Assembly (NCBI GenBank): GCA_002633005.1
Contig: NMRA01000086.1
Span: 715,390-779,389, forward strand
Reading direction: 5' to 3'
Source of the DNA: Phoronis australis
Lineage: Eukaryota; Animalia; Phoronida
Length of the DNA stretch: 64,000 nt
In this document: positions 43,001-52,269 of the stretch, piece after piece
Numbering within the stretch: position 1 is the first letter of the stretch
Layout of the letters: each line of letters starts with the position of its first letter
Made by a program: the position numbers and the translations under genes
The notes under the pieces: generated by a model
Databases searched by the model: none
What the model saw: only the letters and a program-made list of their open reading frames with translations
Told to the model about the DNA's origin: nothing

Positions 43001-43106
43001 ATTGAGTGCGGAACATTCCGAGGTCCTGCTGGCACTCAAGGTAAACAGGGGCTTCTTGCCACCCCTGTTGATGGAATATTTTGACGTGGAAGGTGACGCA
43101 TATTGA
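1649..43106 (+). CDS. EcR: Full gene model: NR1H nuclear receptor, lophotrochozoan ecdysone receptor-like (EcR/LXR/FXR group), 7 coding exons, 467 aa
   Basis: Exon lengths 46+297+141+287+159+223+251 = 1404 nt, intron phases 1,1,1,0,0,1, no internal stops. C4 zinc-finger [33 protein letters not shown]...[46 protein letters not shown] signature [11 protein letters not shown]...EDQIVLLK; AF-2 [21 protein letters not shown] and [15 protein letters not shown] resemble mollusc/annelid EcR orthologs as I recall them. EcR versus LXR/FXR needs a tree. Confidence 0.88.
1738..2258 (+). repeat. Old interspersed repeat family. Other diverged copies at about 5680-6780, 8880-9350 (-), 12470-13308, 34833-35350 and 45480-45990.
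   Basis: Shared motifs TGTAGGACC at the ends, GTCAC(A/G)TGACC and CTACTTTCAGAAAAT..CTTTT. 5684-5830 aligns to 12479-12625 and 6300-6480 to 12682-12900. Boundaries approximate. Confidence 0.6.
2284..2676. mobile_element. hAT-like MITE with 6-bp TSD
   Basis: Perfect 13-bp TIR CAGGGCTTGGAAT/ATTCCAAGCCCTG; flanking ATAGAT at 2278-83 and 2677-82; repeated subterminal TTCCGC motifs. Confidence 0.85.
3725..3797. repeat. 27-bp tandem repeat, about 2.7 copies
   Basis: TGCCACAGGAAATGTTACCATGGATAG units starting at 3725, 3752 and 3779. Confidence 0.85.
3972..4040 (-). promoter_or_regulatory. RORE/Rev-erb-type monomer site plus perfect DR1
   Basis: TGACCTAGTTTTT at 3972-3984 (AAAAACTAGGTCA on -); TGACCT-T-TGACCT at 4028-4040. 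Confidence 0.4.
9787..10521. mobile_element. Non-autonomous element with a long hairpin and interleaved inverted repeats (possibly tyrosine-recombinase class)
   Basis: 44-bp hairpin arms at 9810-9853 and 9877-9920. IR GTATTCACC (9787) / GGTGAATAC (10456). IR TTTATCCCATAC (9940) / GTATGGGATAAA (10510). Confidence 0.55.
12196..12211 (+). promoter_or_regulatory. FTZ-F1/SF-1-type site overlapping a DR1
   Basis: CCAAGGTCA; AGGTCA-A-AGGTTA. Confidence 0.3.
12998..13053. repeat. (AAT)n microsatellite, about 18 units
   Basis: Directly visible. Confidence 0.98.
13573..13585. promoter_or_regulatory. Perfect IR-1 nuclear receptor response element (EcRE/FXRE consensus)
   Basis: AGGTCA-T-TGACCT in an apparently non-repetitive part of intron 1. 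Sequence is certain, function is inferred. Confidence 0.6.
14036..14561. mobile_element. MITE, about 526 bp
   Basis: 28-bp TIR CTGAAGCGTGTTCAATAGAGTGAACGCC / GGCGCTCACTCTGTTGAACACGCTTCAG (2 mismatches); no clear TSD. Confidence 0.75.
15246..16136. mobile_element. Tc1/mariner (Tc2-like, CCGTA termini) non-autonomous element
   Basis: TA|CCGTATTCTCCCTAATAAC ... GTTATTAGGGTGAATACGG|TA (18/19 TIR match, TA TSD); subterminal ATAAGCGCCC repeats. Confidence 0.85.
15418..15681 (-). pseudogene. Degenerate HIRAN-domain ORF inside the Tc2-like element
   Basis: [18 protein letters not shown]...[56 protein letters not shown] resembles the standalone HIRAN pattern (RGYHVYKxxWxP..NxxDxYAVxV..IVGHxP..VTG..GLEIPC); internal stop. 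Confidence 0.65.
17070..17830 (+). mobile_element. Interspersed repeat; second copy at about 32630-33440
   Basis: Colinear shared blocks AGCTGTATGAAGACT, TCAACATGTAAAGCTA, GTGCATGCAAAATCTGG, GACACTCACCTTG, CAGCCGTTTAAGTG. Confidence 0.75.
18006..18312. repeat. Degenerate minisatellite, unit about 40 bp
   Basis: Recurring GGCCTTCC..TTCACACCACATT.ACTC...TTCCATG units. Confidence 0.8.
20066..20517. mobile_element. PIF/Harbinger-like MITE; second copy from 63844 to the window end
   Basis: Ends GCCCTTACATA / TATGAAAAGGCC; internal TATGAACGG and GTTAAC repeats; aligns with 63844-64000. Confidence 0.7.
22332..22628 (+). CDS. EcR: EcR-like exon 2: S/P-rich A/B domain, KKRK basic patch, first zinc finger with P-box CEGCKG
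   Basis: Acceptor ttttgattccaccag; [26 protein letters not shown]; donor AAGG|gtaagt. Confidence 0.95.
22655..22833. mobile_element. Small MITE just downstream of the exon 2 donor
   Basis: TIR AATTGACCTATCGC / GCGATAGGTCAGTT. Confidence 0.65.
23566..24552. mobile_element. hAT-like non-autonomous element with 5-bp TSD, inserted into a minisatellite unit
   Basis: TIR CAGTGGCGGATCTAG / CTAAATCCGCCTATG; TSD ATGTA at 23561-65 and 24553-57; G/C-run subtermini. Confidence 0.8.
23813..23874 (-). repeat. tRNA-derived (SINE-head-like) segment inside the hAT-like element
   Basis: On - strand: A-box TGGTGTAGTGG, B-box GTTCGAGTC; no intact cloverleaf. Confidence 0.55.
24553..24778. repeat. 41-bp minisatellite, about 5.5 copies, plus a partial unit at 23540-23565
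   Basis: Unit CAATATTGTATTGTGCTCCATATGTATGGGTGGCCGCATCA; explains the repetitive ORFs at 24550 and 24557. Confidence 0.97.
25676..25816 (+). CDS. EcR: EcR-like exon 3: second zinc finger (not in the ORF track)
   Basis: ttgcag|GT TTC TTT CGT CGA = (G)[46 protein letters not shown]; donor T|gtaagt. Confidence 0.97.
32630..33440 (+). mobile_element. Interspersed repeat, same family as 17070-17830
   Basis: Same colinear blocks as the 17070-17830 copy; boundaries approximate. Confidence 0.75.
34476..34762 (+). CDS. EcR: EcR-like exon 4: T/A box, hinge and LBD helix 1
   Basis: Acceptor ttgtttcgttgcag; (C)[15 protein letters not shown]...[26 protein letters not shown]; donor AAA|gtgagt. Confidence 0.93.
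37136..37294 (+). CDS. EcR: EcR-like exon 5: LBD helices 3-4; ends at a GC donor
   Basis: Acceptor tcctcttgtttccag; [53 protein letters not shown]; donor AAG|gcaagt. Confidence 0.93.
40911..41133 (+). CDS. EcR: EcR-like exon 6: LBD helices 5-8
   Basis: Acceptor tctttttcctcactcag; [32 protein letters not shown]...[16 protein letters not shown]; donor G|gtgagg. Confidence 0.95.
41893..42661. mobile_element. PIF/Harbinger (Tourist-like) MITE in intron 6
   Basis: TAA|GGGCTGTTCCAGTAAAATCCGTGTGGGA ... TCCCATACAGATTTTGCTGGAACAGCCC|TAA. Confidence 0.9.
42856..43106 (+). CDS. EcR: EcR-like exon 7: LBD helices 9-12 (AF-2) and stop
   Basis: ttatag|AG CGG CCT GGC = (E)[17 protein letters not shown]...[47 protein letters not shown]. 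Confidence 0.95.
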
Positions 43107-45058
43107 TGAAGGTTGTGACGTAACCGTCTGCATTTGACCAAAGAAAGGTGTCTTCATATAGAGTCTGTATGGTCACATGGAAAGTGGTTGGTGTCACCAC
43201 GACACACCTATCCAACAGTTGGTTGGCGTGATGGGAATGGTACCGACTGCAGTATGTGAACAAATGCTTATGTAAACAACTCGAGGCGAGGTGCACTCAG
43301 ACACCTTGCCCTGTGTGACACGGTTGCAGCTGACCGCTTTGAATCTTCAATCAAAATCTGAACTGCAATTGGTATACAGCGGCCATGTTTTGCCCTGATA
43401 CTGAGACAGAATCATACCACTTCAGTCTGCTCATCAAAAGGAACAGCCATGACGTATGGAACAGTATTCTGTCACACAAATATTCTAGAATGTCCAAAAA
43501 CTGCACAGCGGACCAGTATTGATTCACAGACGTGCTCGCAGGAGTTTGATTCAACATTACACTTGCAGAGTGGTTAGCCTAAGTGGTGCAGCAATGGATT
43601 GATTAAGTGTCTTCAGAACATGTCCGTTGTCTTTATTACACAGAACACAATCCATGCCACGTTTTGCCAAGAATCTAGTCTACCTCAAGGACTATGAATG
43701 CTATTATGGGACTGGCCTGGACATTTCTGAGGAGAAATAACTGATGGCCCCCAGTTGAAGCTTTAATGCTACTAGTCAAATGTTGTAGCCCAAGTGGAGG
43801 GTTGATGGGAGTGGAGATTGATAGACTTAATTCTGGTCTCTCTGGGATATTTATGTCACTCATTGAAATTCGTCACGTATTCAACACACAAGTTGACAGA
43901 GTTGTGAAATCAGGTTTTATCAAATTTCTATCAAAAATGATGAGTTCATAGCTTTTGTAAGAAAAGAGAAGAAAAAATTGTATTTCACTCATCATGCTGT
44001 ATTTTGACCCGAACTGATGAACATTCACCATAAGGTGGTTTGTAATATTCAGCTGTCATTAAGCATTTCGTCAAGTTTTGAATAATTACTGAAGTCTTTT
44101 AATGAAGTTTTTGATTATGTGCTCCCTGTGTTGCCAGATTTGATACAGTGCTGGTTTCCTTACTGACATTTGAGTGTGTTATCAGCTGTGTTGGCATTGT
44201 CTCACCCATTGGAAGTTCTACAGTTCATATACCGGGGTGTGTTAAGAGTTTCTTGGGTGGCTGTCGCAGCTGCTAATGAGTCATAATGTTCAGATGTGAC
44301 TTTGTGCTTCAAAAAGTAAATTGTGATTTAAGTATTTAGAAGTGCTGAAATATTGGGGGCTCCTGTGTGGTGGTGTTTCCCAACGTTTTGTTTGGATGAC
44401 GGTGTATCACTGACAGATCAAGAATGTACAAAAGTGGTGCCCAGCCACATCTTTTGAAGGAAAATGGCCTAAACTCGGCATGCTGGGTCGATGCTCTTGG
44501 TCATGCCCGTGCCACGCCTTCCCAAATCCGCCAGTGGGAATTCATCATAGAGTTCATTTGTCTGGTACGTTTTGCGTACCGTTTTTGTTTTAGTTTTACT
44601 TCACTGAATACACCTCAAACTGAGAGAGACTTAATTTGAAAATTGGGTACACTTCGTATAATGTCATGTTTTAGCTTGTCAGTAATATCAAAATTATTAT
44701 CTTGAAATAAGACGATTTACCGTATGTTGTATAGAGATTGTATTTTTAGGGCTGTTTTATATACATTTAACTGTTTTATCAGAATTATTATTCATATTGC
44801 TCACCCTGTCTATTTTTCTGACTAGCTATCGCTGGTGTAGGATAGCGTGCCTGGATGATAGTTGCAAATTGTGTCACAGCGTGTAAAATTTAATCATAAT
44901 GTGTAATTATTGTGTCAAGGTGCTGGGTTGTTTGTAGTTGTGGAGTGGGGATCGTAGATAAAATTATATTTTCCTTCGGCTAAACAGAGAGAGAAGGACT
45001 GAGTGTGGTTTGGAACCAGTAGAGGCAGCATGCTCCATTTCTTGGTGATAACAGCCAG

Positions 45059-45455
45059 GGCTCGGGTTCTAATCTTTTAAATCGAAATGAAACTCGAAAT
45101 TATGTTTGGCATTTTCTACTCTACTTTTGTGTGAACTCGAGATAAGTGTCTATTATTCTATGCTGAATACCTAATGATCGACTTAGTTTACGTGGATAAT
45201 TTTTTAGTCCTAGTTTGCAGTTGATAAATCCAACATTAAGGCTGAAAGTTCGAGTTTGCACTCGAAATTTTTGAGTTTTTGCTCAGTTTGTAGCAGGAAT
45301 AAAAAAGTCATCAAGTGCAAACTTGGACTGGAAACTCGTATACATAAATTATAATGTATTCGAGCATATCTAATAACCACTTATCTTGAATTCGCACAAA
45401 AGTAGCAGAGAAATTGCCAAAAATAATTTCGAGTACTCAGATGAGATTCCAGGTC
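45059..45455. mobile_element. Palindromic MITE with CWG flanks; same family as 55441-55841, opposite orientation
   Basis: 45059-45170 is the reverse complement of about 55730-55841 (AACTCGAAATTA.GTTTGGCATTTTCTACTCTACTTTTG); CAG on both flanks. Confidence 0.75.
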
Positions 45456-47826
45456 CAGTATAACAGATTTGTCATAAAGGTGCCTATAACTGTGACCATT
45501 TTACTTTTTACAGGAATAAAGCAGTGACCTACTAGTATATGATGTATGAAAATTGCCATGGTCCTGTAGTTTCTCAAGTTTAGCTAACTTAGGAACATAC
45601 ATCTCAGGAACAGTTCTCCTGTTGAAAATGTATTTTAACTGTTCCACTTTTGCATAATGGCTTAACAAAAAGGGATTTTTATGATTGCTGTGAATAAAGT
45701 CAAAAGTTGCATAAAACAAAATGGTCATTTAAAAAATAGTTTTGGGGAGGATTTCATCTGTTTTATCAAAGGAAATTTCGTCATGCTATCGACACCATTG
45801 TTTTGCACTTTTTTGCTTAATTTTACTTAAAAGGCATAATCACATGGCCCAATTAATAGAAAATTAATTAATAAATTCCTACAATTTTTCTGCTTTCAGA
45901 AAATACATTTTTTCCTGAGGAAAGACCTATATTTTTTAGATATTTGATCAAATACACGAACTTTAAGAGAAGGTCCTTTATAACCTAGTTATCTTTGGTA
46001 TTGGCCTTATTAGCTTGTATCATCCGAGAAATGGTCTCTGTGTTCAGATTTTGTGGCTGCATCTGACAAAGATCAAGATATTCTGCTGAGTGGAGCTGCG
46101 GTCACTATTGTTCGAACTCTGTGTAGTTCCAGCTGAAATTGTCCAATCTTGTTATTTTTTGTCCCATAGATGTTGGGTTTCATCCATGACTCTGAGTCTA
46201 TGGTAGTATAGGGTTATCTTAGTCTCTGCTGGTGTTATAATTTAAATTGAATTAGTCACTTGATGATTCCAGGAAATGAGCGAAAATCAAACGAGAGGAA
46301 ATGGAATAATGTGTTACAATAGTGAAAACACGAATTGTGCATTGTTTGTATTAATTTTTGTAATAGACGTTTTTTCTTGAAGTGGTACTGTGGTATCGAA
46401 TAATTCGTAACACCTTAAGTTTCAGTAATGCTTGTGGTGCCGTACGCGCTTCAATTCATCATGAGGGGCATGTTGTCTCCCATATGCGTAGTCAGCTCAC
46501 CAGTATGACGTTGTCTATTCACTCTTCCACCTGTGGTGCACAGTGTGGTGGGTATATGTAGAATGGGGAACTACATAACTGTCAACACTTGTTCTGTCAA
46601 GCCCCATGGCTACATACGCACGCCATGCATGTTCGAGTGTACGGACGTATTCTTCAAAGCATTTTTTTGCAGAAACTGTAATTCTTTTACGTTCCCAAAA
46701 GTGATTTAATAGACAGGTTATGAACGAAGTTACTTTATGTGACATTCTTTCATTGTCACATCGAACAGCGTTGTCTTGTCTGCCGCTGGATATTTCTAGT
46801 TCATTTCATCCGTTACTGTCGCTTAGGCGTAAATTAGTAAGGGTTTCCTCGCGCGCGACTGCATTGCATTATCGTTGAACACGTCTGTTTGCCTGCGTTT
46901 AGACCAGGACTTTTCTCGTATATATTCAATAGCTAAATATTTAAAAGAAACCATTTTCATCATTTGTTAACCTAAATTAAAGGAATTTTATTGATAGTGG
47001 GGTCTTCATGGTATTCATGGTACGCAAGATATTGATGTCAACGATCGCGTGTCTTTGAATCACATTGATGTCTTTAGAATCAACTTTGGCTCGTTGGTGT
47101 CTTAGTTTTGGGTGGTCAGGAAGTAAACCGGCTCTTGGCGCCTTTGAAACTTTTTGGCGATACAGACATCCTTCTTGGTTATTATTGAGTATGGTAGGGT
47201 ATCTCTGCTCAGCACAAATCTAGGTGTTGACGAAACTCGATTGGTTTTTAGACATCGTTCTACGTGTACACATGTTTTCTTATGTAATAAACTTTCACTT
47301 TCTTTGTACGTTGCTCGTTTATTATTATTTTTTCTTTTGATATTTTTTCTTTTGAAGAATGTTTGTGTCACAAGCTTACGCGTAAGATAATGTATAGTTT
47401 AGTCGGAAAATGGCCTATCGTGATCTCCTTGGACATCAATTGCTAAATTGTATTTTTACGAACTCAAGGAAATTAGGTGCCGAAAATGAAAATTGGTGTT
47501 GACGAGCCATTTAATGTATGACGTATGTTTTTATGGAAATTATTACCACCATTACCGAATTTTTCGTTATCGCAGTCGTTGACTCGTATAATTAGGAAGG
47601 TCTTCCATGAAGTCATTTACGTAATCAAGTGCATCTGGTGTGTTGCATCGATTCTTCATGGACAGATCGTCAAAAAACGCGGTTATGTGCAAATTAGAAT
47701 TTGTAATCTTAATTCCTGTAAGCTGTTTCACAACAAATGTTTATTAAACGTACTTACGAGCAACCAATAATGATGTTTGCAAGTAGTAATTGTGCAGTTC
47801 ATGTGTTTTTGGCTCCAATTAAGTTC

Positions 47827-48134
47827 CACCATTTCATGTCGCTTTCGTCAGAAAAATAGCTCTTCTACTTCGGCCACGTCACAAATATCGGCTGGAGATC
47901 AACCAGTGAGTAAATTATCATAGGACCAGACGGCTACGATTGTCCTAGCTTACCTTCATTCCGTGTCTATCCTACAGTTTCACCATTTCATGTCGCTTTC
48001 GTCAGAAAAATAGCTCTTCTACTTCGGCCACGTCACAAATATCGGCTGGAGATCAACCAGTGAGTAAATTATCATAGGACCAGACGGCTACGATTGTCCT
48101 AGCTTACCTTCATTCCGCGTCTATCCTACAGTTT
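47827..48134. repeat. Tandem duplication, 2 x 154 bp, one mismatch seen
   Basis: Units start at 47827 and 47981 (CACCATTTCATGTCG...CCTACAGTTT). Confidence 0.95.
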
Positions 48135-48413
48135 CATTCGGAGCAGAGGGAGAAAAAGGACAATTCAGAGGGGACACACCTAGTTCATTCAACAAAGACC
48201 GCTACCCCTCCAGTAGACCGAGACAGCCAGATGGCACAATTGACGGTTGCAGTGCTGTGCGTCTCCCACATTTTGAAGCTAAGGGAGCCACCTACCTCGC
48301 TGATGGCGATGACACTGGATCAATACTTTCTTAAAAGCACTAAAAGAGAAAGCAGTTACCGTGAGACCAAACGAGTGGACAGCGGGAAGGAATGTAACCG
48401 TAAACATGCAAAC

Positions 48414-48617
48414 GGGGTTAGGGTTCTAGGTTTACAGAGTTGGGGTTACAGGGTTAGGGGAAGAGTTCCAGGATTAGGGTAAGGGTCAGGGTAGGGGTTA
48501 GGGTTGGACTTCCAGGGTTAGGGTTAGGGTTCTGGTGCTAGGCTTAAGGTCCCACAGTTGGGGTTTGGGTTAGGGCTGGGTAGGCCGGTTAGGGTTAGCT
48601 AGGGTAAAGATTGGGTT
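48414..48617 (+). repeat. Degenerate interstitial telomere-like (TTAGGG)n tract
   Basis: Multiple GGGTTA/GGTTAG units mixed with variants. Confidence 0.8.
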
Positions 48618-49387
48618 GTTTCAACAAACAATGCAAAAATAAATCAACATAAACTACTGTCAAGACTTCGATTAGTGACATAGAGATGAAATAGTGCCAA
48701 AACTTGGAAATATTTGAAAGTTGAAATTTGACCAATCTTTTTAAGGGGGCACAGAACAGTTCTCACAGGGGTTTGCCTGTCAGAACACACGTCAATGCAC
48801 TCTTCACCCTTTCTTCACTTTGTCCAAAACTACATGCAAATAAGGAAATGTTTTGAGTCATTTCACATCACAAGCCCTACAGATGAGCACAGAAACTTTA
48901 TTCTCTCTTGTATTTTTGACCCATTCACTCCCAGTGGAAACCAAGCCGAACTAAGAAAAATGAGGGCAAAAAAATGCAAAATCGGCACTTTTCACCCCAA
49001 AATCACCACTTTCCTGCCGATGCTCGACTAAAGCCAACATTAGATTCCGAAAGCAAATTTCCTACCGATTCCAAAAATGTGGTTCAAAAGTACTGTCAAC
49101 CAACTAGTTTTTTTGCAAATCTGGCTTGTTTGAGGGCTACCTGAAATCGCGGCCAATTTCTCAGTTGCTACACAGCAATGCACAACTGCAACAGGGGGCC
49201 ACCATCTTGAAGAAGAGTGCAGCTACAGCCGAGAAACTGGCCTTTTTTCATTCCCAGCATGTTCACAAATACAACAAAAAAACATTCACTTGGCCTACAC
49301 ACAATACCTAATTGAAAAATGCCCCCAAGCCTGGCCTAGCCCTAGATTTTAACAGCGGCCACAACCTAACTATTCAGTGCCACCTTA

Positions 49388-49658
49388 GGACGCCCGTTTT
49401 TGCGGTTCCTCGGTCAAAGGTCATAAATCCGAGAGGAAAGGTCAAAGGTCACATGGGATGGATGCAATCGGAAGGGACATCATCCGCCTATCGGACGGAT
49501 GTGTCAATGACGTCACACCTCGTGACGTAATAGGTTTAATTAGACCGGTTAGAGAGGCACCTCGATGCTCTCGTGGCACGTTTTTGCGGCTCCTCGCAAC
49601 GGATGGAGAGCCGAAACAAAAGAGGGATTACGCTGCTGGAATAAGAACAAAAGGGACC
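49388..49658 (+). mobile_element. About 270-bp MITE-like element with TTA TSD, carrying two DR1 motifs and a CRE
   Basis: TTA|GGACG...GGACC|TTA; internal direct repeat CGTTTTTGCGG(T/C)TCCTCG; near-identical inverted copy at 58056-58330. Confidence 0.85.
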
Positions 49659-49780
49659 TTACAGATGTTGCGTATGAATATGTTCCGCTAGAAATACACT
49701 ACAAAAATCACCAAGACGTTCAGACACCATTATCCGTAAAAGTAGTAAATTATTAGTAGCAAATTATTAAAAGTCCCAAG

Positions 49781-50430
49781 TCAAATGTTCAACTGAGGTC
49801 CAGTCCTGACGCGGTCGTCGAACAATTGTCTTTGGGATAAAAGTAGGCGAACGCGCACCTCTCTTGAGGTAAGTATACCTAGGACATATTACTCCCAGGG
49901 TATACATATTGTTATCGCCAACTAACCGAAATCCTTTGTTGAGGGCCGAGCTACTCTTCGTGGTCTGTAACACTTTAATATACCTCGCCTTGTCGCCTAT
50001 TTCTCTGTCGTTGTACTCCTTTACAGCTAAAATGAGATTTACCCCACGTAATACGTTTTAGAGCAAAGCGCGATGCAGCAGTCCCCTTCAAATTCTAGTT
50101 TAAATAAGACGGGCGTGCGCGTGTCGTACGCTTCGTTTTCTTCCGTGTCCGTTCGCGGAAACCAAAGATGTTTTTCCCTCTCGAAAGCTGCTCGCATGTC
50201 TGGTTTAATCACATCCTCTAGACAGTTACCGGATATAGCCATGTACTCCGAGTCAGTGTCCATCTCTCAATATTCGAAATCGGATCTGTCGACGACATGA
50301 AGTCGCAGTAAAAAAACTCCAACATGCGCAACTTTGCGTACTGGTGAACAAAGAAGCCTATTTGAAGCGGCAGGTTAAGGCGGATGGACTTCTTTTTCAT
50401 CTCCAATTCGTAGGTTTCGTCCCCCTTGTA
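49781..50430 (-). pseudogene. Polinton/Maverick-type family B DNA polymerase, C-terminal fragment
   Basis: Stitched across frameshifts and stops: ETYELEMKKKSIRLNLPLQIGFFVHQYAKLRMLEF / VDRSDFEY*EMDTDSEYMAISG...WFPRTD...YDTRTPVLFKLEFEGDCCIALCSKTYY / FSCKGVQ / YIKVLQT...NKGFR...NNMYT / YFYPK. Includes the catalytic DTDS motif. Confidence 0.85.
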
Positions 50431-52269
50431 GTTAACGAGTCTAGATTTAGTCCTTCATTTGCAATTTAATGAGATTGTGTATGTTTAAAGGTAGATTAAA
50501 TTTGGTTGAAATGGGCCGGTCGGAGAATTTCTCGCGTTGTCAGTGTTGTACTAGTGATGATTGAATGGCGCATGCGTCGCTGTCTGCATGTAAACAGCTG
50601 GTAAAAAGACGGAATTGTTGTCAAAATACGTCGTCCAGCTTAGGCTAAGCTTTATTTTTGCTATTTTCTCTGGTGCAAGTGTTCTACAGGTGGTCACAAA
50701 TTCCCATAAGACCCAGTAAGGTTACTACATTCGTGGAGAATTGCGATCAAAAGGGTCAACCAACTGACAAAAAGTGTGTGGATGCCGAAGCCCCGCGTGT
50801 GTTCTATGCATTTCCATGGCATTGGGAGACTACATAACGTTACTTGGTAAGTTTTCAGCAATCAGTTTCTATCGACATCGTTCGGTGATGTTATCCCCAC
50901 CAGTTACCCCCACTGAATAACGGGTTTATAATTATTGAGCGGGGCTAAGTGTTTCTTTTCGGAAACTCACCCGGGACTCGGATGCGGGGTAGGCTAGCAG
51001 CACATATGTGACATGTTCACATATTGTCCTGGGTGGGAATGCGCCCAAAATAAGAGGTGTATGGTACGTGACGCTCAGAAGTCAAGAGTGACTTTTTCAC
51101 AGCAGTTTCTCTTCAAACCTATGCTATGTCCAATAAAATTCTGTAGATGAGAGTTTCCTTATTTTATAGCGGACCACATACCGTGGACTACCATATTAGT
51201 TACCGAATTAACATGAATAAGCTATTCAGTAAATATTGTAACATTGCATTGGAATAAAAATTGACACCTAGAATGAACTTTACTTGTTGAGATCAGAACC
51301 ACATTTTAGGTGTCATGAAAAATACACATTGGTAAATCACTTTTAGCCTATTTCATTTTAATTCAGATCTTAAATAAGACTTCGGCACAAAGATTATTAG
51401 TTTTTTATAAACATGAAGATGAGACGTCAAGTATGTTTTGCCTTACAAAAGTAGTTTTGTGTTGCATTTTCTTTTATAATTTGCTAATATTTCTGACTAT
51501 TCTGTTACAGGTGAGAGAAAACGACTGAAACAGCCGCCTGACCGTCTATTTTACCTTCCGACAAAGTGAAAAGCAATCCTTCCTTGAACCTAATTCAGAA
51601 AGTCAGCCCTCGATATGCCTGATTATGGACTTCGTTGCATTAGAAAAATTACAATTGTTTTTAGCAATGTTGTTTCTTTGCGTGTATGTGGTTGTTCAGT
51701 CTGTCATTTTGTTTCTAAATGTACTGTTAATTGTTCATTCTCGAATCTTGTGAATAGCAGATTCTTATCCAGCTAGCTACAATTGAAAACATACTTTCTG
51801 CATGTGGAACATTTAACACAAAACTTTAAATTGTTCAAAGGCTTTCTTAAAAAAGCTCTAAAAATAATTACACACACAAACAAGTCAAATGCAAACAAAG
51901 GGAATACTTTATTTTGATCGCTGCACATTTCTATAGGTCAACAGGAAAATGACAATTCGCGAGCGTATATGGCAACCATTTCAGGTTTATAAAGAATATG
52001 AACAACTGCACTGTATGGGGCTTTAAAACTGAAGAAATATTGTGGTTTCAATAATTAGTGACAAACTTGCCTGCTGATGAAAAATTTATTCGATCATCAA
52101 AGTGTAACATTAACGGGCTTTCTACTGACAATAAGACAATCGATGCAGACACTGAATGTCATTTCCCCATAGTGTGCACCAAATTGAAAAGTTTTTACCA
52201 TTAGTATAAAGCCTTTCTTCTGAAAGGGAAAGTCAATGTCACTCAGTGAGAAAGGACAGGTATTTATAC

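Noticed and set aside
43035-43046. Donor-like CTCAAG|gtaaac in the last exon (possible AF-2-less isoform)
   Set aside because: Read-through gives an intact AF-2, and no downstream coding exon was identified.
42850-43296. Several minus-strand ORFs over exon 7
   Set aside because: Antisense shadows of the coding exon and UTR, with no recognisable motifs.
49741-49768. AGTAGT start as a possible Polinton terminus
   Set aside because: Only a 14-bp tandem duplicate, with no matching long TIR in the window.
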